Both the position numbers and the translations under genes were made by a program. Below the pieces are notes generated by a model. The model searched no databases, was not told the origin of the DNA, and worked only from the letters and a program-made list of their open reading frames with translations. From the NCBI GenBank assembly GCA_043825735.1, contig JBDRRP010000093.1, positions 124,001 to 184,826 of the forward strand: 60,826 nt of DNA, written 5' to 3'. The DNA is from Pseudomonadota bacterium (GTDB lineage: Bacteria; Desulfobacterota; Desulfobacteria; Desulfobacterales; JBDRRP01). Shown here piece by piece: positions 7,358 to 18,700 of the stretch. Each line of letters opens with the position of its first letter. Within the stretch, counting starts at the first letter, position 1.

Positions 7358-9223
7358 AGGCCAGAAAGCCCATATTTTAAGTCGCACCCACTCCCTGAGC
7401 GGGCGTGTCCAGATGCCCATCAGATTTCTCCGATCCACGGATATTTTTCCCACGCCCTCCATGCCGGGACGCAGGCGCTCGGAGGCCGTCTCCGGGTGCG
7501 CCTCGACGCGGAAGAAATTGAGCCCTTCCTTTGCCGCGGTGATCGGTGTGATCTTTTTCACCACAAAGGGGATGCGCTCCCGGGGCACCGCGGAAAGCAC
7601 GAGCCATCCTTTCTGGCCCGGCTGGATGTCGGCGATGGCGCGCTCATCCACCTGGAGAATCAGCCGGTAGGTACCCAGTGGCGCGACCTCAAAGAGAATT
7701 TCCCCTTTATCGACGGCACCGCCGAGCCGCTGGCTCAAGTCGCCGCTCAGGACGAGGCCGGTGAAAGGGGCCGTGATCACGGTCCGTGCGAGCCGGCTTT
7801 CAACCAGTTCAAGGCGGGCCTCCGCCTGGTCCAGTTGCGCCTGGATGATATAGGCCTTGGCGCGATCATGGCTTGCCGAAGCCTCCTGATACTGGCGCTG
7901 GTACTGATTGCGTTTGCTCAGCCAGTTCACCCGTTCGATGCGAAGCTCCCGGTCGTCGAGCGTGCACATGGGCGCATCCGGCGCGATCACGTCCCCCGCC
8001 CGCACCTGGGCGGCTTTCACGAAGCCGTCGAACGGCGCCACGATCGCCCGTTTCACCGCGCTTTCCAGCAGCGCATCCGCGGTAACGGTATATTCTCCGG
8101 TTTTGAGGCTGAAAAAAAACGCGGCGGCCATCACGGCGGCGATAACCAGTTTCCGTCCGGTATGGCGGGGGCCGACGATTTTTTCCATTTCAGCCCGAAG
8201 CGCATCACCGATCTTGAATATCAGGTTCCGGTCGTTTCGGCGCTGGATCTCAAGCGTGGGAAACAGCAGGGCGCCAACGCTGTTGCAAAAGCCGGCATCC
8301 TCCGCGGTAAACGGCTTGTCGCCGGGCCGCTCCAGCGTCAAGGCGCCGAGATAGCCCCCGTCTCCATAAAACGGAACGGTCAAAATCGATCCCGCACCGT
8401 ATTGACCGGCCAGTTGCGCATGGTCCCGGATGATCACCGGATCGCTGCCGCCGGGCAGTGGGTAGAAAATTTCCTTGCGCTGGACAATCGCCTCGTCCAT
8501 GGCCAGCCCGACGGCGCGCACCAGATTCATGCGCTCGCCGATCTGGGCACTGTGAGAGATCGCCGCGATACGCGCCCGGCCTTTGTGAAGAAAGGCCAGA
8601 CTCACCCGATCGCACTCCAGATCGGTCGACAACTCGGTCACAAACGCCATGGCGGCGCTCTCGGCGGTACGCTCAGACACCACGCCCGCCAGAAGATCGA
8701 CGGCCGATCGGAGGCGGCGCATGATCAGCGCATCTTTTTGCTGCGCCTGCCTTCGGACAAAAAGCGCCATCCATGAAGCGCCCCACTGGAGATGTTCCAT
8801 GACGCGCTTGAGCTGGTTTTCGGAGACGGCAAAAACTTCAATGGCGATGACCCCGCTCAGGGTGTCATCGATCAGGATGGGAAAGGCCACAGCGTAGAAA
8901 GCCCCCCGGGTCACCGGGGCGCCTGCCTCAGGCGCCAGCGTTACGAGCAGCCCGCAACGCGCTTCGATGGCCCGCTCGGTCACTTCGGCGATCCGCGCCG
9001 GGTCCGCGCCGGTCTCCGGCCATTTGGCGACCGGCGTAAAGCCCTCCCCGCCGGGTTGCGCCAATACGACGACGCCTTGAACTGCGTTTGCAATGAGCGC
9101 GCACTGGATGGCAAGCCAGCAGCGGCAATAGTCTTCACGGCCGCCGGCTTCTGCGAAACGGGCCCACAGTTCCGGATCGATGCCGCCGGAAGGTTCTTCA
9201 GCGCTGTCTGAACTGTTCTTCAT
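7355..9223 (-). CDS. GAF-domain-containing HlyD-family periplasmic adaptor
   Basis: Two N-terminal GAF-like segments (AVAFPILIDDTLSGVIAIE; ILTVPFYGDGGYLGALTLER), a TM helix, then an MFP (IVAPFDGFVKAAQVRAGDVI; ITAPFTGLVLSGDL; LRPGMEGVGKI). Confidence 0.88.
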   Translation of the reverse strand: MKNSSDSAEEPSGGIDPELWARFAEAGGREDYCRCWLAIQCALIANAVQGVVVLAQPGGEGFTPVAKWPETGADPARIAEVTERAIEARCGLLVTLAPEAGAPVTRGAFYAVAFPILIDDTLSGVIAIEVFAVSENQLKRVMEHLQWGASWMALFVRRQAQQKDALIMRRLRSAVDLLAGVVSERTAESAAMAFVTELSTDLECDRVSLAFLHKGRARIAAISHSAQIGERMNLVRAVGLAMDEAIVQRKEIFYPLPGGSDPVIIRDHAQLAGQYGAGSILTVPFYGDGGYLGALTLERPGDKPFTAEDAGFCNSVGALLFPTLEIQRRNDRNLIFKIGDALRAEMEKIVGPRHTGRKLVIAAVMAAAFFFSLKTGEYTVTADALLESAVKRAIVAPFDGFVKAAQVRAGDVIAPDAPMCTLDDRELRIERVNWLSKRNQYQRQYQEASASHDRAKAYIIQAQLDQAEARLELVESRLARTVITAPFTGLVLSGDLSQRLGGAVDKGEILFEVAPLGTYRLILQVDERAIADIQPGQKGWLVLSAVPRERIPFVVKKITPITAAKEGLNFFRVEAHPETASERLRPGMEGVGKISVDRRNLMGIWTRPLREWVRLKIWAFWP

Positions 9224-9286
9224 GGACGTTCTTTACCGCGCAAAACGCCATTTTGACAACCGCTATCACCGGTCGCCCATAACTTC

Positions 9287-9373
9287 AGAAGCAGTTTCAA
9301 ACCCGGGCGATGGCCTTTCGGTCCGCCATTCAGCGGACCGGAGGGCAGCTACCGAGGTTAGAAACTGCTTCCT
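9287..9373. repeat. Long imperfect palindrome (REP/MITE-like hairpin)
   Basis: Outer arms GAAGCAGTTTC (9288-9298) and GAAACTGCTTC (9361-9371) enclose GCCTTTCGGTCCGC-CATTCA-GCGGACCGGAGGGC. Confidence 0.65.
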
Positions 9374-9428
9374 AAAGCATTGTCCCCGCCGGCGCTGGAC
9401 AGCCGCCTGCCGGGCATTGACGCCTCAA

Positions 9429-9764
9429 TCAATCGGTCGATAGTTTTCCGAATCGGTTTTCGTATTCTTTCATGATATTGCCCAGCAGCGCCGCCAATCT
9501 TTTCGCGGCGAAGGGATTGAGAATAATACGGTTGGTCAACTGAATCGAAAGCTCCTGCTGGCCGGTATGCCAACTCTGGTTGGTGCCGAAGAGCAACGTC
9601 ACTTCTTCTCTCGTGCTCGACACGTTGCACACATTGGCATAGGTGCTCTGCATCTTGGCATCATCCCAGCGGACCGTGCGTTCGACGCGCTCTTCACTTC
9701 CCTTTGCGGCGCCGGCGCCGCGTTCTGTTTCCTGTTTTTCGGTACTTTCAGTTTTCTGAGGCAT
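9429..9764 (-). CDS. DUF3467-family small protein
   Basis: STYANVCNVSSTREEVTLLFG...RIILNPFAAKRLAALLGNIMKEYENRFG pattern. ATG 9764 follows AGGAG and overlaps the end of the giant gene by 17 bp. Confidence 0.85.
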   Translation of the reverse strand: MPQKTESTEKQETERGAGAAKGSEERVERTVRWDDAKMQSTYANVCNVSSTREEVTLLFGTNQSWHTGQQELSIQLTNRIILNPFAAKRLAALLGNIMKEYENRFGKLSTD

Positions 9765-12700
9765 GAGATCTCCTGTCAATGAGTTTTAATAACGGGAAAC
9801 TGATGAATGGGACACCTTCTTTCTCACCGGGCGGCATGTGGCCGGACGAGGACTTCTCAATCCGCCCGTCCCGCCAGCGGCGGAACCGCTTGTTTTTCAT
9901 CTCCCGGTCGAGTCTTTCGAATCCATCGCGATCCAGGCGCGCGCCGCTCGTGGAAGGACCGGATGACGCGAGTCCCCAACCGGAAAGTCCTGCCACCAAC
10001 GCACTGAGCTGTATATCATCGTGGGCCGTTTCCGGCAACGGATGCGCGCTTCTCTCCGGCCTGTCCACATCGGCTTCCAGAACGCTGCCATCGAAAGCGG
10101 TGGATGTCGTCGTCCCGTCGGGCAGCGTCCTGATGACGGTGCCGTCGGGAAGGATGATCGTTGTCGTTCCGTCCGGAAGAACGATCGTTATCGTTCCATC
10201 CGCATCGGTCTGGACCAGGGTACCGTCCGAGGACTGCACGGAGGCGGTGCCGTCCGGCCGGATTCTCTGGATGGTCCCGTTTGAGTAGATCCGCTCCACA
10301 GTACCGTCCGGCAGGGTGTGGGTTTCCGCTTCGACGACATCGCTCCCGGGGATTCCCGAACGGTTGCCCGGCATCATCCCGTATCCGCCCGAATGGCTGG
10401 GCATCAGGCCGCCGATGACTGCCGGGGAAGTAATCAGGGTGCCGAGCCCGGATCCGAACACCGTGCCTGGGCCGGTCAGACCCAGCAGGCTGCCGAAAAT
10501 CACCGAAGGCGTCGTTTCGTCGAAACCGGTGCCCACCGGGTTTCCGAAGAGCATGTGCAGCGGCGGGTAGACTTCCACGATCTTTCCGTTGACGATCACG
10601 ACATACCCGTACTCACCGATCAGGGCGTCGGCCGGAAACGATCCCAGGCCGGTATCGATCCCCTCGCCGCCGAAGATAACGCCGGTCCCGGTGCTCCCGT
10701 CGAGATAGTCGACGCCGCCGTTCGGGCAGAATGCGGTTTCGGCGAAAGTCGGCTCACCGCCGGCAAAGACGACCCGCCCGTTGTCTCCGAAAAGGATGTC
10801 GAACCCGTCGCCGCCAAGAAGTATATCACTGAAGGCGCCGCCCATCAGAATATCGTCGCCGTCATTTCCGGTGATCTGATCCTCTCCGCCGCTTTCGCAA
10901 TACGTTCCGAATAGCAGCGCCGGCAGCCCGCCGGCAAGGTTCAGTACGCCGTCGTCGCCCAGAAGGATGTCATCACCGCCGGCGCCGGTGAGAATATCGT
11001 CACCGGAGCTGCCAAAAGCGACATCGTCGCCCTCCCCGCCTATGATGATGTCGGCGCTGCCAGCAGTGCCGAAGGTCCCGCTGCTGACGATCTGTACGGG
11101 GACGCCGCCGGCAAACGAGATCGCGCCGTTGTCCCCGAAAAGGATGTCGCCGCCGTCACCGCCCATCAGCCGGTCGCTGCCGCCGCCGCCGGCGATCATG
11201 TCGACGCCGCCGTCGCCAGAAAGAACATCGTCGCCGCCGAGATCCGGATCCGTCGTCTCCAGGCTCACGAGCACACTGCTGCCGGTGCCCGTACTGAACG
11301 CGGCAGCCCCATTGTCTCCGAAAATGACATCGCTGCCGCTGTCGGAGCCGATCGCCAGACCGGTAGCCGGATCGACGTTGACGAAATCCGAACCCGCGCC
11401 GCCGAAAACGACATCGCTGCCGTCGCCGGAGGCGATCTGGTCATCGCCGCCGAAAGTCGGGTCTGCCGTGGCCGCCCCGGAGACCAGGCCTGCCACGGTC
11501 ACGTCGACCGCGCCGTTGTCGCCGAGGACCAGATCCGCGCCGCTGCCCGTGATGATCGTATCGTTTCCGCCGCCGCCAAGCGCGATGTTGTCACCGTCAC
11601 CGGCATCCAGAGTGTCGTCACCGGTCGTGCCCGGATCCACATCGGTGGTAAGAACGCGGGTGGCGCGCCCGTCCGTATAAAAAACATGTCCGTTGTCGCC
11701 GAGCAGGATGTCGTCGCCTTCCAGAACCGTGACCCGATCGTTTCCGGTGCCGCCGAGAACGACGTTGTCACCGGCGCCGCCAAGGACCTGATCGTTGCCG
11801 CCCAAGGCCAGATCGATGGAGAGTATGTCGGTGATCCGACCGCTGCCATCGAAGGCCACCTGGCCGCTGTCGCCCAGGATCGTATCGTTGCCTGCGCCGG
11901 TAGTCAGGGTATCGCTACCGAAGCCGCCCATCACCACGTTGACGCCATCGCCTCCGTCGACCGTGTCGTCGCCACCCAGACCGTTCTCAGTGGCGGCCAC
12001 CTGAGTCAGAACGCCGGCCGTATAAACCGCCTCGCCGTTGTCGCCCAGGATCGTATCAGCGCCAATGCCGGAAGTAATGCTGTCGGCCCCGAAGCCGCCG
12101 ATGACCACATTGGCACCGTCGCCGCCGTCCACCGTGTCGTCGCCACCAAGGCCGGTTTCGGTGGATGCTACCTGCGTCAAGATACCGGCCGCGTCAAAAA
12201 GGGCTGCGCCGCCGTCACCCAGAATCACGTCCACACCAGCGCCGGTCGTAATCGTATCGCCGGCCACGCCGCCCATCACCCGGTTGTCACCGTCACCGGC
12301 AGTGATGGTGTCGGCCCCGCCGGTGGCGCCGTCGGTATCGGTGCTGCGGATCTCGGTGAGCACGCCGGCGGTATACACCGCGGCGCCGTTGTCACCCAGG
12401 ATCGTGTCTGCGCCCGCTCCGGCGGTTATGCCGTCGGCGCCAAAACCGCCGATGACCGTATTGACGCCGTCGCCCGCATCGATGGTGTCGTCGCCCCCAA
12501 GCCCGGTTTCGGTAGAGGCTGCCTGCGTGAGGACGCCGGCCGCGTCAAAGAGCGCCTGGCCACCGTCGCCTAGGACCAGATCCACACCGGCGCCGGTCGT
12601 AATCGTATCGCCGGCAACCCCGCCCATCACCACGTTGTCGCCATCGCCGGCAGTAATGGTGTCCGCCCCGCCGGTGGCGCCGTCGGTGTCGGTGCTGCGG

Positions 12701-15700
12701 ATTTCGGTAAGCACGCCGGCTGTGTAAACTGCCTCGCCGTTGTCACCCAGGATCGTGTCTGCGCCCGCTCCGGAAGTAATGCTGTCAGCGCCAAAACCGC
12801 CGAGGACCAAATTAGCGCCGTCGCCCACATCGATGGTGTCGTCGCCGCCCAGCCCGGTCTCGGTGGATGCCATCTGCGTAAGAACGCCGGCCGCGTCAAA
12901 AAGTGCCTGGCCGCCGTCGCCAAGAACGACGTCCACGCCGGTGCCGGTCGTAATGGTGTCGCCGGCAACCCCGCCCATCACCCGGTTGTCGCCATCGCCG
13001 GCTGCGATGGTGTCCGCCCCGCCGGTGCCGCCGTCGGTGTCGGTGCTGCGGATTTCGGTGAGCACGCCGGCCGTATAAGCCGCGGTGCCGTTGTCGCCCA
13101 GGATCGTATCGGCGCCGGTGCCGGCAGTAATGCTGTCGGCCCCGAAGCCGCCGATAACCGTGTTGTCCCCGTCGCCCGCATCGATGACGTCGTCGCCGCC
13201 AGTGTCCATGGATACGGCGGACAGGGCCGCCAGATCACGGATGACACCGTCGGTGCGGTCCTCCCGTGTCACACCGGCGGAAAGGTCAAACAGCGGCTGA
13301 CCGTTGACGCTGCTCACCACAATTCGGCTGCCGGCAGTGCTGACCACAAATCCGGTAACGCCGGTTGCCGCCAGATCCGCGGTGAGGGCATCGGCCAGTA
13401 TTGCGGCAATGCTTTCCGATGTTTCTACGGCCTCGTCCAGCACCGTATAGGTTCCGGTTGCCAGCGCAGATCCACCAGCGGCCAGCGCCACGCGCCAGGT
13501 TTCACCGACGGCCGCCGCGCCGGCCAGCGTCACACCCCGACTGGCAACACCGGCGGTGATATCCGTGGTGGTGCCGATCTCTGGGGATCCGTTTCCGAGC
13601 ACCGTCACGGCCTGCCCGGCATCGTCAAGATAGGTGACCCGGCCCAGATCGCCAAAGATGATGTCGTCAGCGCCGCCGCCGGTGAGCGTGTCATCGCCGT
13701 CACCGCCGAAAATGATCAGCGGCAATGTTGAAGCCGCGGCGTTGAGTCCGTCGTTTCCGTCCTGGGTGTTTACGGCAAAGAATCCGTCAGTGGCCGCGTC
13801 GAGGTTCACGGTGACCGCATCGTCCCCGGCGCCGGTATTGAGCGTCGTGATGGTGCGCACGCCGTCGGTGCGGTGGGTGCTTTCCACGCTGACGGTATCG
13901 CCGCCGGTGCCGGTCCACACGGTAATTCCGCCGGCGAAGGTGCCGGCCGGATCTCCGGTCTGGTAAGTGATGCCCGCCGGCGCCAGGCCCGTGACGGCGG
14001 CGCTGGTGATCACCACGGCCCCGTCCGCGCCGGTGGCCCCGGAATCGTCGATCTCCAGGGTATTGATGCCGCTGCCGGCGATGATGTTGAGGTCCCCCAG
14101 CACATCGTCCAGTGATTTGTCGTCATTGGAGACCCGGATGGTGTCGTCTCCGGCGGCCGCAGATAGGGTCGTGACCGTGGATAGCGCGGTTCCCGCCACC
14201 AGAAACCGGTCGTCGCCCGCGCCCAGGTTCACGTTCAGGGTTTCCACGCCGTAGTAGTTGAGGCCGTCGACCCGGGTGTCCACCGTAACGGCTCCGCTCA
14301 GGGCGGCCGTGTCCATGTCGCTGATGGCAAGCGCCCGGTATTCCCCCTGGAAAGTCACCAACAGATCGCTGCCGGTCTTTCGCACCGACACGTTGTCGGT
14401 GTGGGGCAGATCGCTTCTGGACTTGTTCGGGTTGAGAATGGGATCGAGGGCGGCCTGGACATCAGCGGCACTCGCATTGAAGGCGATGGAACCGGTCCAG
14501 ACGATGCTGGCCTGATCGGCGGCGTCGTAAACATAGTCGGTCCAGGTGACCACACCCGGATTGTTGCGGTCATAGGTATATACCGGCGTGAAACCGCGCA
14601 GGCCGATGCGATAGGTGCCGGCGGTGGCGTCCACGGCAAGTGTCTGGGCGGTGTTGACGGCCGGAGAGAGCGATCCATCCCGGATCGTTTCGATGTCCAC
14701 ATCGGCGGAAATGCTCGCGCCGGCGGCCGCCTCCAGACCCGTGTCCGCAAGGGTTTCCGCCCAGGTGAGCGCCGGCAGGTCGATGCCGGCCAGCTCACCG
14801 GTGAAGGAGACCGTGTAGGTGATGGTGTAGCCCGATATCGATTTTTCCACCTGGATCCCGTCGGCGCCGTAAAGCGCGGCGAGCCGCGCGGCAAAATCGG
14901 TCTCGGTCATGTTGTAACCCAAGGTGACCGTGGCCGCGTCCGCGCTGCGCGTCACGTTGGCGGCGGCCGAAAGCCCGGCATCGGTTCCGAACCCGGCCGT
15001 GGTCAGCTTGAAGGTGCCGCCGGTGGCCCGGACGGTGATTTCCACGGTCTCCGGATCCGAGGGCATGTCCAGACCGGTTAGGGTGCTCTGGGTGAGGCGG
15101 CCGCCATTGGCCTCGGTATCCCCACTGTCGTCGACGATGAGCGTGTCGGCCCCGCCGCCGCCCGCCACGGTCAGCAGCGCCCCGATCTGATCCATCCGGT
15201 GGGCGTCGCTGCCCACGGTGACCGTATCGGCCCCGGCGTTTCCGTAAATGGCGGTGTGGCCGGAAATGGTCTTCACGTCGATGGCGTCGTCGCCCGCGCC
15301 GCCGAAAACGGCAGTGGCGCCGGTATGAGTGGATTCGATGGTCAGGGTATCACTGCCGAAACCCAGGTGGATCTCCAGGTCCTCGAAGTTGGCGTACTGG
15401 ATCCCGCCGGGAAGGGCGACGCCCCCGAGCACCGTATCCGGTCCCATGCCCAGGCCTGAAATCCGGTCTTCGGTCAGCAGGGCCGTATCACCTGAAGGAC
15501 TGTTGGTGTTGTACACCCGCAGGGTGTCCACCTGGTCGGCCTCGATGACGTTCACGTTGGGATTCACCGGAGTGTAGTAGAATTCGTCGCCGGCCGCCGG
15601 CGCCGCGCCGGCCGGCCAATCCGTGGTGAAGTAAATCGTCGTGCCGGTCACATGATCCACGGTCATGACCGTGCCCATGAGCGCGCCGCTGGTGATGGTC

Positions 15701-18700
15701 ACCGCATACAGGGCGTCGTTCATTCGTGGATCGAAGCCCGACTTCTCGCCGGCGAGCGGGTCGTAGTAGGTGATCTGGGCATCGGTGAAGGTCGCCAGGC
15801 CGCCAACGGTGCCGGCGCTCTCGATGTCGCCATCGGGCACCGGCCAGTTGGTTTCCCCCGGCAGGGTGAAGGGGGTGTTGAGGTAGACGTCCTCTGAAAC
15901 CCGGACGCCGCCGTCGAGGGACAGCGGCCCGCGGATCCGCGATACCTGGGCGTTCATGGCGGCAAACACCTTGGCGTCCCCGCCGTCCACGAACGCATCG
16001 TCCACGGCCGTGACCGTGACGGTCTGGGGGATGTTCCAGTCGGCGTCGGTGAAGATCAGTTGCGGCGTGTCCACGGTCACCTGAATCTCGTCGTGCACAC
16101 CGTTGCCGGCTTCGTCGACAAAGGCGAGATCCGCGTTGTAGGTGCGCGTGATGAGGGGGGTCACGTCGACGGTGACGGTCTCCCCGGCCGCGGGCGCGCT
16201 GGTCAGGACCACGGTGAAGGTATCGGAGACCTCGCCGTAACCGGACAGCTCGGTAGCGGTCAGGTAGCTGATCTCGATGGTGCTGGTGTTGTCGATGCCC
16301 GCCCAGGCCGTATCGATGCTGTAGGTCTGGGTTTCGGGATCGTAACCGGTGATCTTGGCGGTCTGCCCGGCGCCGGCCCCGCCGGTGACGGTGATGGTCT
16401 TGCCGTTCAGGCTCAGCACGTCGGGGTTGTAGCGGTGGTTTTCGATCGACATGTTGAGCTGGTAGGACAGCCCCTTGGCGACGCCGTACCAGCCCTCTTT
16501 CGCGGGCCCGTAATCGTCCACCGAATCGCGGTAGGAAAGGACGTTGAGCTGATAGGTGCCGGCGGTATCGAAGGTGTATTCGAGGAAGGGATCGAAAGTG
16601 CTGGCGCTGCCGGCATCGATCCAGACGCCGTTGATGTTTTGGGCCAGCAGATTGCCGCCCGCATCGAAAAGACGCAGCGCTGGACTGGTCACGATGTCGT
16701 GGAATGTGATGCCCGTAAGAATCGTATGAACGCCCAAGGGCCCCAGGTCGATGGTCTGGTAGTGATTTTCCTTGATGGTGCTCTGGAGCACGTTGCCGTA
16801 GTCCACATCGAAGACCGCGTGGACCGTCCCTTCACCCAGGGAGGTCTCGACAGTGTCGCCGTCGAGGCCGCTGATGGTGAGTGTGCCCGCGGTGGCGGTG
16901 GCGGTGAAATGGGCCGCGCTGTCAGCGGTGATGAGATCCGCCAGTGCGGCGGCCACGTCGGCCACGGTTTCTCCCGAACTGGGGCCGGGAGGGGTCTGTA
17001 CGGTGGTGCTGTAGGTTTTGCCGTGCACCGTCACCGCCCACTTTTCCCCTTCAAGGAGGCGGCCTTCCTTCTGGAACTTGACGACCGCGGAATTGTAATG
17101 GTAGCGGCCGTCGATGCTGCCGGAGTCCGAACCGGCAGCCACCCGGAGCTGTTCGACCTTGTCCACGGCCACGGCCGCACCGCTCGTCTGGGTGATGCGC
17201 AGCGTGCCGCCGCCCACGGCAGTGGCCGTGGCGCCGGAGATGACGCCGGCCAGTCCGCTGGCGATGTCGTTTAGATTGCCGTCACCGGATGATACCGTGT
17301 ACGTATGCGCGGTGCCGCCGACGGTGATGGTCCACCGGTCGCCCACGGCCACCGGCCCGTCCAGCACGATGTCCTGGGTCCAGTCGGCATCGGGCGTTCC
17401 GGCGACGGTAAGATCGCCCACCGTCACCGGCGGTTCCACATGGGTGGTCTCGGAAAACGCAGTGCCGTTTTTGTTCACGATGTAAACGGTCGCGCCGTCC
17501 CAAATCGCGGTGTAGCCTCCGGCCGTATCCGAATTGATCTTGTCGGCCAGTCCTTGAACCACGTCGGCGAGGCCGCTGTCGCCGGCCTTGACAGCGTAGG
17601 TATATGTAGCGACGCCGATGCCATCGTCCAGTTCATCCAGTGCCACCTGCCACTGTTCACCGATATTGATCCCGCCGCCAGGGGCCACGCTCAAAGGGGT
17701 CGCAGTCGCTTCGCCGTCAACGCCCGATTCAGGTTGACCGGTGATCGTAAAGGCTGATGTGAACGGCGCTGCACTCGTATTGACCACCACCAGGGTCCCA
17801 CCGTCATGGCTCGCCCGGTAGTCGCCGCCGGCAGCGTTGATCACGCCCGCCAGACCCGCGGCCACCGCCGCCGTGTCGGCATCGCCCGCGGCCACGGTGT
17901 AGTCGTAGGTGAGCTCACCGGCCCCCGCATCCAGCGACACCGTCCAGCTCTCGCCCGCGGTCACGGCCCCGGCGAGCGCCAGCGTATCGCTTTCCGCGTC
18001 GCTGCCCGATTGGGCGGCGCCGCCGTTAACCGAATACTCGGAGTTGAACGCCGCAGCGCCCGTGTGCACCACCACCAGGGTCCCGTCGTCATGGCTCGCC
18101 CGGTAGTCGCCGCCGGCAGCGTTGATCACGCCCGCCAGACCCGCAGCCACCGCCGCCGTGTCGGCATCGCCCGCGGCCACGGTGTAGTCGTAGGTGATTG
18201 CCCCTGCCCCCGCATCCAGCGCCACTGTCCAGGTCTCGCCGGCGGTCACGGCCCCGACGAGCGCCAGTGTATCGCTTTCCGCGTCGCTGCCTGCGGCCGG
18301 CGCCGAAGTCACCGTATAGGCCGAGCTGAACGCCGAAGCGCCCGTGTGCACCACCACCAGGGTCCCGCCGTCATGGCTCGCCCGGTAGTCGCCGCCGGCA
18401 GCGTTGATCACGCCCGCCAGACCCGCGGCCACCGCCGCCGTGTCGACATCGCCCGCGGCCACGGTGTAGCCGTAGGTGAGCTCACCGGCCCCCGCATCCA
18501 GCGCCACCGTCCAGGTCTCGCCCGCGGTCACGGCCCCGGCGAGCGCCAGTGTATCGCTTTCCGCGTCGCTGCCCGCGGCCGGCGCCGAAGTCACCGTATA
18601 GGCCGAGCTGAACACCGCAGCGCCCGTGTGCACCACCACCAGGGTCCCGCCGTCATGGCTCGCCCGGTAGTCGCCGCCGGCGGCGTTGATCACGCCCGCC

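Noticed and set aside
1176..8776. Plus-strand ORFs 1176..2174, 2420..4027, 4816..6720 and 7307..8776
   Set aside because: Each mirrors a well-supported minus-strand gene and lacks family motifs.
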